This document shows, piece by piece, positions 26,543-35,268 of a DNA stretch of 38,876 nucleotides. This DNA comes from a virus (lineage: Duplodnaviria; Heunggongvirae; Uroviricota; Caudoviricetes), in IMG/VR virus record IMGVR_UViG_2526164597_000012. One strand, written 5' to 3'. The translations under genes and the position numbers were made by a program. The notes under the pieces are model-generated. The model was not told where the DNA came from and made no database searches. It worked only from the letters and a program-made list of their open reading frames with translations. The stretch's first letter is position 1, and each line of letters opens with the position of its first letter.

Positions 26543-27271
26543 ATGACGCAGACACTGAATCCGGTCATCACTGTCACCGTGTCCGGTCCTGTGGGCAGCG
26601 GTAAAAGTTACATATTGGCGCGAATAGAGGAAGTGGTGAAACAGGAATTCGGAAACAGCGTCATTGTCGACGCCGCAGACGTGGACGGTGAGCGCCGTAT
26701 GAGTGGGGATGATCTGAGCACATGGCAGAAACCACGGGCTGGCACAGTGATCAGGCTGGAGGAATACACGGGACAGGGCCTGTTGTCATACGGCGAGGAG
26801 CGTATCTGTCGGACGAATGAGCTGCTGGATGTTATATGCCCCACGGGCCGGCAACCCTGGATACTGCCCGATGCACTGCATGCCACCATTGCGGCACTGA
26901 TGACAGTTTACGATCAGGAGCTGCTCATGAAGGAGTTACGTAAACTCACTGGTCAGTCAACAGAATGTTGTTCGTCCCCGAAGTACGGCAAACAGGAACA
27001 CATCCCGATTAACCAGCCTCCCCGGTTCTTCGACGAATACCTTCTGACACCGGAAAATAAAGCTGAGCATGAAGAGATCAAAGCGGCGTTGTTCCGGGAA
27101 ATCAGGAAGATTGCTGAAATGCAACTGGAGGGCGGGCTGGACAGAGTGATGGCGAGAGGAGAATGGGCATCGCTGTTTGAAAGAGTTTCCCCGGAATTAC
27201 TTCCCCTCGCACTGGCTATCGGGATTATGCAGACAGCGGATAAACCTCACTTACGTTCATTAAACACGTAA
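26543..27271 (+). CDS. Accessory P-loop (Walker A GPVGSGKS) protein, function unknown
   Basis: 242 aa; RBS GAGGAG 8 nt upstream; Walker A at residues 15-22 followed closely by hhhhD (VIVDAADVD); diverges from the late operon, outside the conserved Mu-like core. Confidence 0.6.
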   Translation: MTQTLNPVITVTVSGPVGSGKSYILARIEEVVKQEFGNSVIVDAADVDGERRMSGDDLSTWQKPRAGTVIRLEEYTGQGLLSYGEERICRTNELLDVICPTGRQPWILPDALHATIAALMTVYDQELLMKELRKLTGQSTECCSSPKYGKQEHIPINQPPRFFDEYLLTPENKAEHEEIKAALFREIRKIAEMQLEGGLDRVMARGEWASLFERVSPELLPLALAIGIMQTADKPHLRSLNT

Positions 27272-27651
27272 CGCATAATCCGGGATACGCATTCAGCGAT
27301 GACTGCATTTTCACCGGTTTTTACTGCATCCAGAAGTGACTCTTTAAATGGTACGGGCCGGGGCTGCAGAAAGGTCGGCATGGCATTGAGCAGACAGAGC
27401 GTTTTTTCCGTGAGGACGACATCAGCCGCTCCCACAGCCAGCAACTGAGAGTAACGAATATAGCTGTTATCCCGAAGCCATATCAGCGTATCAATAAAAC
27501 ACCGGCACTTTTTCTGGTCGTGATCAACCTGGTCCGGGATATCGAAAAAACCAGAATAAATCAAAACCTGAGGTGCCGGATGCGTGTTCAGTAATCGGCA
27601 GAATATTTTGCCGGTGAGTACATAAAAATCATCATTTAAGGAGTGCATCAT
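27247..27651 (-). CDS. Hypothetical protein (134 aa), antisense gene inside the accessory island
   Basis: Fills the 380-bp gap between two plus-strand genes; tandem ATG ATG start; start codon overlaps the divergent start of 27650..27865; no family recognised. Confidence 0.35.
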   Translation of the reverse strand: MMHSLNDDFYVLTGKIFCRLLNTHPAPQVLIYSGFFDIPDQVDHDQKKCRCFIDTLIWLRDNSYIRYSQLLAVGAADVVLTEKTLCLLNAMPTFLQPRPVPFKESLLDAVKTGENAVIAECVSRIMRYVFNERK

Positions 27652-27865
27652 GAATCCCCGATTAACGTTAACAGAACATCAGCGCCGTGCTGAAGCAGTG
27701 AACAATGTTCTGGAAGATATTATCCGGTTATACCGCGGAGAACTGAGTGTCTGTCGTGCCGCTTTTCATTTTCAGGGAATACAAAAGCAGTTTGATACTT
27801 CTGTTTTTGCAGAAGGTATTACTTATGCCCTGGACCGGATAAGGTCAGAAAATCGCCCCGGATAA
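27650..27865 (+). CDS. Hypothetical small protein (71 aa)
   Basis: Strong RBS AAGGAG 6 nt upstream of ATG; no family recognised. Confidence 0.5.
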   Translation: MNPRLTLTEHQRRAEAVNNVLEDIIRLYRGELSVCRAAFHFQGIQKQFDTSVFAEGITYALDRIRSENRPG

Positions 27866-27919
27866 TCCCTAAACCACATTAACAGAAATCCCGCCATCCC
27901 TGCCGCATCATGAAAGAAC

Positions 27920-27951
27920 GACCAGCCCGGCACCCGAAAGCCGGGCTGGTC
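27920..27951. promoter_or_regulatory. Perfect 12-bp stem / 8-nt loop hairpin in the intergenic region before the methyltransferase gene
   Basis: GACCAGCCCGGC-ACCCGAAA-GCCGGGCTGGTC; no clear U-tract on either strand. Confidence 0.5.
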
Positions 27952-28055
27952 ATCGCCCCACAGGAATGCGCTGTGAGCCGACCAAGGTTCAGTCAGTCTC
28001 GCGAGACCTGACCAGACTGCCATATTTTTTAATAATTGTAAAAGGCTTACAGATT

Positions 28056-28820
28056 ATGAAAATGCAGACATTACCCATCGTGCCGTGGATTGGTGGCAAA
28101 CGCCGCCTTGCAAAACACATTCTGCCGCTGTTTCCGGCGCATGAATGTTATGTGGAGCCGTTTTGTGGGGCAGCAGCGCTCTATTTTCTTAAGACACCCG
28201 GCAAGATCGAAGTCATCAATGATATCAACGGTGAACTGGTGAATCTGTACCGGGTGGTAAAGCATCACCTGGAAGAATTTGTCCGCCAGTTCAAATGGGC
28301 GCTGGTCAGCCGTCAGATCTACAAATGGCTGCAGATCACCCCGGAAGAAACACTGACGGATATCCAGCGTGCGGCACGGTTCTACTACCTTCAGAAGCAG
28401 GCGTTTGGCGGCAAGGTGGCAGAGCACAGCTTCGGTACCTCCACCACATCCCCGCCACGCTTCAACCTGCTACGTATTGAAGAAGAACTGTCAGCGGCAC
28501 ACCTGCGGCTTTCCAGAACAGTCATAGAACACATGGACTGGCAACAGTGCATTGAGCGTTATGATCGTCCGCACACGCTGTTCTACTGCGACCCACCGTA
28601 CCTGGGTACGGAAGGCTATGGTGTGGATTTTCCTGAAGGGAACTACTCGCGGCTGGCAGAGCTGGCCCGGTGCATCAGAGGAAAAATGATAATTTCGGTG
28701 AACGACATCCCGCAGATGCGCGAGGTGTTCACTGGACTGAACATACAGACAGTGAATATCAACTACAGTCTGGCGGGTAAACCCACGCCGCGCCGTGAAC
28801 TGCTAATCTGCAACTTCTGA
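28056..28820 (+). CDS. DNA N6-adenine methyltransferase, Dam-like (orphan)
   Basis: 254 aa; N-terminal EPFCGAAAL (FxGxG-like AdoMet motif) and catalytic DPPY (..FYCDPPYLG..); no adjacent restriction endonuclease gene; start at ATG 28056 with AAAGG upstream. Confidence 0.8.
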   Translation: MKMQTLPIVPWIGGKRRLAKHILPLFPAHECYVEPFCGAAALYFLKTPGKIEVINDINGELVNLYRVVKHHLEEFVRQFKWALVSRQIYKWLQITPEETLTDIQRAARFYYLQKQAFGGKVAEHSFGTSTTSPPRFNLLRIEEELSAAHLRLSRTVIEHMDWQQCIERYDRPHTLFYCDPPYLGTEGYGVDFPEGNYSRLAELARCIRGKMIISVNDIPQMREVFTGLNIQTVNINYSLAGKPTPRRELLICNF

Positions 28821-28850
28821 AACAAAACCGGAAAGCACAATGCTTTCCGG
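28821..28850 (-). terminator. Rho-independent terminator for the repressor transcript (possibly bidirectional)
   Basis: Perfect 10-bp stem CCGGAAAGCA-CAA-TGCTTTCCGG followed on the minus strand by TTTTGTT. Confidence 0.7.
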
Positions 28851-28936
28851 TAAACCAAACAACTTCCACTATGTCACTGGCGATGTTTTCTGAAAGCATC
28901 CAGATCAACCACCTGTCCTTTGTGTCCGGGTCAGTA

Positions 28937-29293
28937 TCAGCCTGCGATTTTTCCTGGTTTTGGCTGAGTATAGAATCGCCCAATCTCAAGAAATGAGCGT
29001 TGTTGGTCTGGTGTCATGTCGTCAAAAGTATCTATTAGTTTTTGTTTTTCTGGGGAAATTTGATTCTGGTTTCTAGTCATACCATCTGTGCTCATTCCAG
29101 TGAGCAACCAATTTACATCAACATTAAACTCTTGATGCATCTTTAACAGAAACTCCCCTCCAGGCATCGCCTTTCCATTTTCAATCTGACTGATACCACC
29201 ATTAGAAATACCTAAACGAGCTGCAAATTCTCTCTGGTTCAACCCTGCTTTCTTCCTCACAGAAATAACGCGCTCTCCTATATCTTTGCTCAT
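28937..29293 (-). CDS. Prophage repressor, XRE-family HTH (c-like)
   Basis: 118 aa; N-terminal HTH ..KKAGLNQREFAARLGISNGGISQIENG..; divergent from the early operon with an operator palindrome between them. Confidence 0.8.
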   Translation of the reverse strand: MSKDIGERVISVRKKAGLNQREFAARLGISNGGISQIENGKAMPGGEFLLKMHQEFNVDVNWLLTGMSTDGMTRNQNQISPEKQKLIDTFDDMTPDQQRSFLEIGRFYTQPKPGKIAG

Positions 29294-29310
29294 AAAAGTG
29301 AATCTCTATC

Positions 29311-29339
29311 TTGATATGCTCATAATTATGAGCAATAAT
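29311..29339 (+). promoter_or_regulatory. Early promoter (Pe-like) with operator in the spacer
   Basis: -35 TTGATA, 17-bp spacer, -10 AATAAT; spacer is the perfect 18-bp palindrome TGCTCATAATTATGAGCA (29317..29334); a further half-site TGCTCATAA overlaps the repressor start codon (29287..29295). Confidence 0.6.
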
Positions 29340-29386
29340 CTAACACATATAAGGCAAACATCATTGCATCAACAAAGGAGACAACG

Positions 29387-29575
29387 ATGACTGCAGAACA
29401 AGTCAAAGCTCTCTTCCGCCAGCGCGGGATCACTTTCACCCGCTGGGCAGAAGAAAACGGCTACAACCGCAATGAGGTATACCGCGTTCTCAACGGGCAG
29501 ACCAAAGCCCGTTACGGTAAATCCCATGAAATCGCCGTGAAGTTGGGACTGAAATCAACAGCTCAGGCGGCCTAA
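29387..29575 (+). CDS. Ner/Cro-like small DNA-binding regulator
   Basis: 62 aa, first gene of early operon opposite the repressor; RBS AAAGGAG; residue pattern reminiscent of Ner-type regulators. Confidence 0.6.
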   Translation: MTAEQVKALFRQRGITFTRWAEENGYNRNEVYRVLNGQTKARYGKSHEIAVKLGLKSTAQAA

Positions 29576-29621
29576 ATATTTTGAGTCTTTGTAAAAGGTT
29601 ATCACATATCGCAAAAGAGGT

Positions 29622-29936
29622 ATGCAGATGAGTAAGACGAATGTTTCAAGCTCCGGCAGTCGCATCCTCCGGGTACTCAAAGCGCTGCGCGGTCATGCCC
29701 TGAACGGTATTTCTAACGGTGAACTGGCGACAGCACTGCACGAGTCACCGGCAAACATCAACCGGGCACTCAACACCCTCATTGAAGAAGGGCTGGCTCT
29801 GAAACTGGAGAACGGACGTTTTGCACCGGGCATCCAGTTACTGCAGATCGCCATGGCCCACAGTAACGAGATGGCACGTGCACAGGATCGTATTAACGAA
29901 ATTAACCAACGTGTCATTTCAGGTAGTCGTTTGTAA
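29622..29936 (+). CDS. Winged-helix DNA-binding protein
   Basis: 104 aa; ..ISNGELATALHESPANINRALNTLIEEGL.. HTH-like; true start may be the second ATG at 29628. Confidence 0.5.
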   Translation: MQMSKTNVSSSGSRILRVLKALRGHALNGISNGELATALHESPANINRALNTLIEEGLALKLENGRFAPGIQLLQIAMAHSNEMARAQDRINEINQRVISGSRL

Positions 29937-29946
29937 GGAGTAATCA

Positions 29947-30867
29947 ATGGGACGTACCAAATCACCGATTAACACTGAACTGAACGCCGATGTACCGCTG
30001 TCGGATGATCTCAACGTCAGCCTGAATGCCATGACACAGCATCGCATGGAGATCATGCAGCAGTTTGGTGATGGACTGCCTTATGAACGTGAACGCATCG
30101 TTCACGAAGCACGTTTTTATATGGCGCAGAGTGCTGAATCTATGTTGGAAGCGGGTAAGCGGCTGATCATCTTAAAAGAAAATGAACCGCATGGTGATTT
30201 CACAAATATTCTGGAAAACGACCTCGGATTAGCACCACAGGTAGCTCGTCGCATGATGCAGGCCAGCGTGAAATTTCTCGGCAATGGAGATGAACAGCCA
30301 AAACGCTCAGCGCTGAGCGTTTTGGGAAAAACCAAGTTATATGAACTGATGGTTCTGGATGACGAAGAACTCGACGCATTAGCTGATGGTGGAACCGTCG
30401 CCGGTGCAACGCTTGATGATATTGATCGCATGACCAGCCGCGAACTGAAGGCCGCCCTGCGTGAAGCGCGCGAAACCAACGCAGCTCAGCAACAGGTGCT
30501 TGCCGGAAAGGACGAAAAAATCAACGAACTGGCCACAAAACTGGAGAAGAAATCGCGCCTGCAACCTCCGCCGCCAGACGAAGAACTGAAAAAATTGCGG
30601 GCGGAAGTGACGGCATTAGCGGTTGAGGCCGAATCGGCTATCGCCGTCCGGCTGTCCAGTGTTTTTGAGACCCTGTGTGAATACTGCACCAAAAACATGA
30701 TCGATACCCCCAGAGATTTCATGGCCGGTCTGGTCTGCCAGATTGAACGCAGTGTTCATGCATTACGTGAGACGTTTGACCTTGAGGCCGCTCCATCGGG
30801 TAACGATGCCCCCGCCTGGCTGACCGAACCGGAACCTGAAATCAACCGACCGGAGGATATGCAGTAA
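29947..30867 (+). CDS. Conserved early-region hypothetical protein (coiled-coil)
   Basis: 306 aa; coiled-coil/charged C-terminal half; no confident family. Confidence 0.45.
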   Translation: MGRTKSPINTELNADVPLSDDLNVSLNAMTQHRMEIMQQFGDGLPYERERIVHEARFYMAQSAESMLEAGKRLIILKENEPHGDFTNILENDLGLAPQVARRMMQASVKFLGNGDEQPKRSALSVLGKTKLYELMVLDDEELDALADGGTVAGATLDDIDRMTSRELKAALREARETNAAQQQVLAGKDEKINELATKLEKKSRLQPPPPDEELKKLRAEVTALAVEAESAIAVRLSSVFETLCEYCTKNMIDTPRDFMAGLVCQIERSVHALRETFDLEAAPSGNDAPAWLTEPEPEINRPEDMQ

Positions 30868-31184
30868 TGAATACGAATAACACACAAAATACCCTGATGG
30901 ACAGCCCGGAGGCACTGGGGCACGCACTGTGTAATCTGCTGCCGGAGATGGTGCAGGGTTTCCGCGTGGTGACCCCTTCCGGTGAAATCTGCGTACCCGC
31001 ACAGGAGACGCACCCGTTTGTACTGACGATGGAGGTGATGCTGATGCAGCAGATAAGACGTCTGCAGAATCAGTCAGCATTACGCCCGGTAGTTGCACCG
31101 CAACCGGTAAATACCGTGGTGAAAACCTGCGATGGCGAAACACTGTGCGACCTCGCCAGAAAAATTGCCGCCAGAATCGGATAA
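30867..31184 (+). CDS. Hypothetical protein
   Basis: 105 aa, translationally coupled to the upstream gene (ATGA overlap). Confidence 0.4.
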   Translation: MNTNNTQNTLMDSPEALGHALCNLLPEMVQGFRVVTPSGEICVPAQETHPFVLTMEVMLMQQIRRLQNQSALRPVVAPQPVNTVVKTCDGETLCDLARKIAARIG

Positions 31185-31199
31185 CAGGGAAGACAAGCT

Positions 31200-32969
31200 A
31201 TGACCCCGGCACTGACTGAAAAACTGGTTGAAACAGCCCGCGCGGCACGTGACGCGGGGCATGGTAAACGCGGTGCAATATACGACGCTGCCTGTGCTGA
31301 ACTTGGCATGTCCCGCGCCACTCTGCTGCGCAGGCTGAAGGAGGTATCTGTGACTGATAAACGCAAAAAACGCGCCGATGCCGGGCGCAGCGCCCTGACC
31401 CGCGACGAAGCCGCGCTGATATCTGCCACACTGCGTGAGGCCACCCGCAAGAACGGTAAGCGTCTCTATTCCATCGCAGATGCAGTGGAAACCCTGCGGG
31501 CTAACGGCTTTATCACCGCAGGCAGAACAGATGAAACCACCGGTGAGTTTTTCCCGTTGTCTGAAGATGCCATCAGCCGTGCTCTGCGTAACTATGGCCT
31601 GCACCCGGAACAACTGGATGCCCCTGCACCACATACCGAAGTGGCCAGTCTGCATCCCAATCATGTCTGGCAGATTGACGCCTCACTCTGCACGCTTTAC
31701 TACCTGAGCAATGGACATAAAGGGCTGCAGGTGATGGACAGCGCGAAGTTCTACAAGAACAAGCCCGCTAACCTTGCCCGTATCGCCAGTGACCGCGTGT
31801 GGAGTTACGAGATTACCGACCATGCCAGCGGCTGGATTTACGTTGAGTATGTGACGGGCGCGGAATCAGGTGAGAACCTGTGTTCTGTGCTTATCAACGC
31901 CATGCAGGAGCGTGGCGGCGCAGACGTGCTGCACGGCGTGCCGAAAATACTCTATCTCGACCCCGGCTCGGCAAACACCGCGGGTATGACGAAAAACATG
32001 TGCCGCTCACTGGGCATCGACCTGATAGCGCACAAGCCGCATAACGCCCGCGCCACCGGACAGGTGGAAAAGGCGCGTGACATTATCGAACGCAAGCTGG
32101 AGCCGGGTCTGAAGTTCCGGCCGGTTCACAGTCTGGAAGAACTCAACGCGCTGGCCGCGAAATGGCGCAGCCACTTTAACGCCACGGCTGTTCACAGCCG
32201 CCACGGTAAAACCCGCACGGATATCTGGCTGAAGATTACTGCTGAGCAGCTGAAAAAAGCGCCTTCCGTTAAGGTATGTCGTGAACTGGCTGTGGCGGCA
32301 CCAGAACTCCGCAAAGTCACGCCAAAACTTCGTGTCTCGTTCCGGGGCACTGAATTTGACGTATCAACGGTACCGGGCGTACTGGTTGGTGAAAAACTGA
32401 TGATTACCCGTAACCCATGGCGCAGCGATGTGGCACAGGTGGTTCTGACTGGTGAGGACGGCCACGAGACGTTCTTCCTGGTCGAAGAGGTCAGAAAGAA
32501 CGAGTTTGGCTTTGCTGAAGGCGCGGCGGTATTTGGCGAAAGTTACAAAGCCCTGCCGGAAACCCCGGCACAGATGGCGGCAAAAGAAACCGAAGCGCTG
32601 GTTACCGGTACAGACAACGCCGCAGATGCAGCCGCCGCACGCAAGGCGAAGGCGCTGCCGTTCGGCGGGCGGCTTGACCCGTATAAACATATCGACGACA
32701 CCACACTTCCGGCCTATATGCCGAAGCGTGGTCAGGCCTCTGACGTACGCGGGCCGCGCACTGAACAACGTCCCATGACTCATGTGGAGGCCGCGAAAGC
32801 CCTGCGCGATAAGTTCAGCACCGACGGCCTTACCTGGACGCCGGAACATTACCGCCAGTTAACGGCACAGTACCCGGACGGCGTACCGGAAGCCGCACTG
32901 GATGAAGTCATGGCCACGCTGACCACACCGGCCCGCAGCAGTGTTATCAGCATTGTTAACGGCAACTGA
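31200..32969 (+). CDS. DDE transposase (transposition protein A-like; resembles retroviral-integrase-fold rve/Tn552-TnsB-type more than MuA)
   Basis: 589 aa; N-terminal HTH-like region; ..HVWQIDAS.. and ..LYLDPGSANT.. resemble the first two acidic-residue motifs of DDE integrase-fold transposases; followed by an ATPase gene. Confidence 0.75.
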   Translation: MTPALTEKLVETARAARDAGHGKRGAIYDAACAELGMSRATLLRRLKEVSVTDKRKKRADAGRSALTRDEAALISATLREATRKNGKRLYSIADAVETLRANGFITAGRTDETTGEFFPLSEDAISRALRNYGLHPEQLDAPAPHTEVASLHPNHVWQIDASLCTLYYLSNGHKGLQVMDSAKFYKNKPANLARIASDRVWSYEITDHASGWIYVEYVTGAESGENLCSVLINAMQERGGADVLHGVPKILYLDPGSANTAGMTKNMCRSLGIDLIAHKPHNARATGQVEKARDIIERKLEPGLKFRPVHSLEELNALAAKWRSHFNATAVHSRHGKTRTDIWLKITAEQLKKAPSVKVCRELAVAAPELRKVTPKLRVSFRGTEFDVSTVPGVLVGEKLMITRNPWRSDVAQVVLTGEDGHETFFLVEEVRKNEFGFAEGAAVFGESYKALPETPAQMAAKETEALVTGTDNAADAAAARKAKALPFGGRLDPYKHIDDTTLPAYMPKRGQASDVRGPRTEQRPMTHVEAAKALRDKFSTDGLTWTPEHYRQLTAQYPDGVPEAALDEVMATLTTPARSSVISIVNGN

Positions 32970-32979
32970 GGAGGGAAAC

Positions 32980-34146
32980 ATGCTGGTACTGAAGCAGCAA
33001 CTGAAAGAGGCCCGTATTCCACAGGCGGTGGTGGCGAGAGCTGTCGATGTTTCTGAGGCCACGCTGGCCCAGATTGTGAATCATAACGCGTGGCCCCGCA
33101 CCAGCCCCGGAGAAGTGCGCCGGCGTCTTGCGTCCTGGCTGGAAAGTCAGGGGATTGATACAACGAAGAGTTTTGATGCTGTACAGGGCGCGGCCACGCC
33201 CCGTACAGCGGGTACCACAGATAAAACGAGCCTCAGTGAGGAAGAGAATATGTTACTCAAAAAACAGGTGTTATTTCCAGCAACCAAAAAAGCGTTTGGT
33301 CTTTTCCGTGACCCGTTCGCCGACGAAGCCATGCAGGGTTCTGATGATGTGTTCACCACCCCGGATATTCGCTACGTGCGTGAGGCGTTGTACCAGACAG
33401 CCCGTCATGGTGGGTTTATGGCCGTCATCGGTGAGTCCGGTGCGGGTAAATCCACGCTGCGCCGCGACCTGACTGAACGTATCAACCGCGAGAATGCGCC
33501 GGTAATTGTTATCGAGCCATACATCATCGCTATGGAAGACAACGATGTGAAAGGGAAAACCCTGAAGGCAGCAGCGATTGCCGAAGCCATTATCAGTACC
33601 ATCGCACCACTGGAAAGCATCAGACGCAGTCAGGACGCCCGCTTTCGCCAGTTGCATCGCGTCCTGAAAGACAGCAGCCAGGCGGGGTTCAGCCACGTTC
33701 TGGTGATTGAGGAGGCCCACAGTCTGCCCATTCCGACACTGAAACACCTCAAACGCTTTTTTGAGCTGGAGTCCGGTTTCAAAAAACTGCTGTCCATCGT
33801 GCTGATTGGCCAGCCGGAACTGGCGACAAAACTGTCTGAACGCAATATGGAAGTCCGTGAAGTCGTTCAGCGCTGTGAGGTGGTCGAACTTCTGCCTCTG
33901 GACAATAACCTTGAAGAGTTTCTGACGTTCAAACTGCAACGGGCCGGTAAACAACTGACGGACATTATGGACGCCAGCGCAGTGGATGCCATACGTGCCC
34001 GCCTGAGCAATCCGGGAAGTCATCGTAAAAATATGGTCAGCCTGCTGTATCCGCTGGCCGTCAGTAACCTGGTAATAGCCGCCATGAATCTGGCCGCTGA
34101 AATCGGGGTTCCACAGGTCAACGCTGACGTTGTCAAAGGGGTTTAA
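32980..34146 (+). CDS. Transposition ATPase (B-like, AAA+ with Walker A GESGAGKST)
   Basis: Start at ATG 32980 with GAGGAGGG RBS (ORF-track entry begins at an upstream GTG); Walker A and Walker B-like ..HVLVIEEAH.. Confidence 0.75.
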   Translation: MLVLKQQLKEARIPQAVVARAVDVSEATLAQIVNHNAWPRTSPGEVRRRLASWLESQGIDTTKSFDAVQGAATPRTAGTTDKTSLSEEENMLLKKQVLFPATKKAFGLFRDPFADEAMQGSDDVFTTPDIRYVREALYQTARHGGFMAVIGESGAGKSTLRRDLTERINRENAPVIVIEPYIIAMEDNDVKGKTLKAAAIAEAIISTIAPLESIRRSQDARFRQLHRVLKDSSQAGFSHVLVIEEAHSLPIPTLKHLKRFFELESGFKKLLSIVLIGQPELATKLSERNMEVREVVQRCEVVELLPLDNNLEEFLTFKLQRAGKQLTDIMDASAVDAIRARLSNPGSHRKNMVSLLYPLAVSNLVIAAMNLAAEIGVPQVNADVVKGV

Positions 34147-34148
34147 TA

Positions 34149-34418
34149 ATGAAATCCACCACAGGTATCAACCAGCAAATCAGCAAAGTGCAGTCAGCCA
34201 TTATGGCGCTTAAGGCGACGAACACGGATGTACAAAGCATCACCATCAGGGGTAACAAACCTGTCATCCGCGTTTCCCGGAGTGCGCATTGCATGCGCAT
34301 GCTTGAGCAGGGAAAGGCCTGTTATCTGTATACCGGTCATGACCACAGGGGACATTTCCGTCAGGGCGTTTTCGAACTGCACGGCTGTCGCGTCGTGTGG
34401 CCGGAATCTTTGTGGTAA
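34149..34418 (+). CDS. Hypothetical protein
   Basis: 89 aa ORF between B-like and gam. Confidence 0.4.
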   Translation: MKSTTGINQQISKVQSAIMALKATNTDVQSITIRGNKPVIRVSRSAHCMRMLEQGKACYLYTGHDHRGHFRQGVFELHGCRVVWPESLW

Positions 34419-34445
34419 TCAGCACAACAGGAGGAGTCATAAAAT

Positions 34446-34976
34446 ATGGCAAAAAGTACAAAAGGGGCAAAACGTATCAAAGCCGCAGCAGCACTCTGGG
34501 TGCCGGGGACACGCGAAGAGGTCATTGAGGGAATCAGACTGCTTGGTGACGCGCAACGTGAACTGGTCAGGGCTGAAACAGAAATGAATGACACCATTGG
34601 CGACATCACTGCACGTTATGCCCCGCTCACCGAGAGCCTGAAAAAACGCATGGCCGAACTGCAGTCCGGTATCCAGACATGGTGTGAGGCGCACCGTGAT
34701 GAACTGACCGGCAACGGGAAGGTGAAGTTCGCTAACCTCACCACCGGCGAGGTGCAGTGGCGAAACCGTCCGCCGTCAGTCAGCATTCGCGGGGCGGATA
34801 ATGTCATTGAACTGCTGAGACGTCTGGGGCTTGAGCGCTTTATTCGTGTAAAGGAGGAAATAAATAAAGATGCCATTCTGAATGAAAAAGAGGCTGTGAA
34901 AAATATTCCCGGTATTACCATAAAAAGTGATATTGAGGATTTTTCAATAATTCCTTTTGAGCAGGATGTGCAGTAA
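34446..34976 (+). CDS. gam: Host-nuclease inhibitor protein Gam
   Basis: 176 aa; strong colinear similarity to Mu Gam as recalled (..RLETEMND.., ..WCEA.RDELT..GKVK.ANL.TG.V.WR.RPPSVSIRG.., ..SDIEDFSIIPFEQ). Confidence 0.85.
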   Translation: MAKSTKGAKRIKAAAALWVPGTREEVIEGIRLLGDAQRELVRAETEMNDTIGDITARYAPLTESLKKRMAELQSGIQTWCEAHRDELTGNGKVKFANLTTGEVQWRNRPPSVSIRGADNVIELLRRLGLERFIRVKEEINKDAILNEKEAVKNIPGITIKSDIEDFSIIPFEQDVQ

Positions 34977-35073
34977 ACACACCACGTTAATTATTTAATA
35001 AAAACATTTTCTTTTTTATTCCGGCGTCAGCGCCGCGGGCTTCTGCACGCCGGAAACAGAGGAGAATTAAATT

Positions 35074-35268
35074 ATGATATTTAAATGTATTCAGTGCGAG
35101 AGGGATATAACAGCCCTGCGTTTTCACAGCGCCATCGCCGTGATGTCCGGTAAGTATCACATACCTGCAGTACGTGTCACCCTGGTCTGCCCGTACTGCA
35201 GCCAGCATTTTTCGGCGGACGTGCCCGTCATGGAATTCTCCCGCCCTGACAGGGAGGACGCGCAATGA
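35074..35268 (+). CDS. Small zinc-ribbon-like protein
   Basis: 64 aa with CxxC...CxxC (CIQCE ... CPYCS). Confidence 0.45.
   Translation: MIFKCIQCERDITALRFHSAIAVMSGKYHIPAVRVTLVCPYCSQHFSADVPVMEFSRPDREDAQ

Noticed and set aside
33271-34023. 250-aa minus-strand ORF inside the B-like ATPase gene
   Set aside because: Antisense to a gene with clear Walker motifs; shadow ORF.
34977-35073. Possible terminator after gam (inverted repeat CCGGCGT...ACGCCGG)
   Set aside because: The T-run precedes rather than follows the stem on the coding strand, and the stem is only 7 bp with a 19-nt loop; not convincing.
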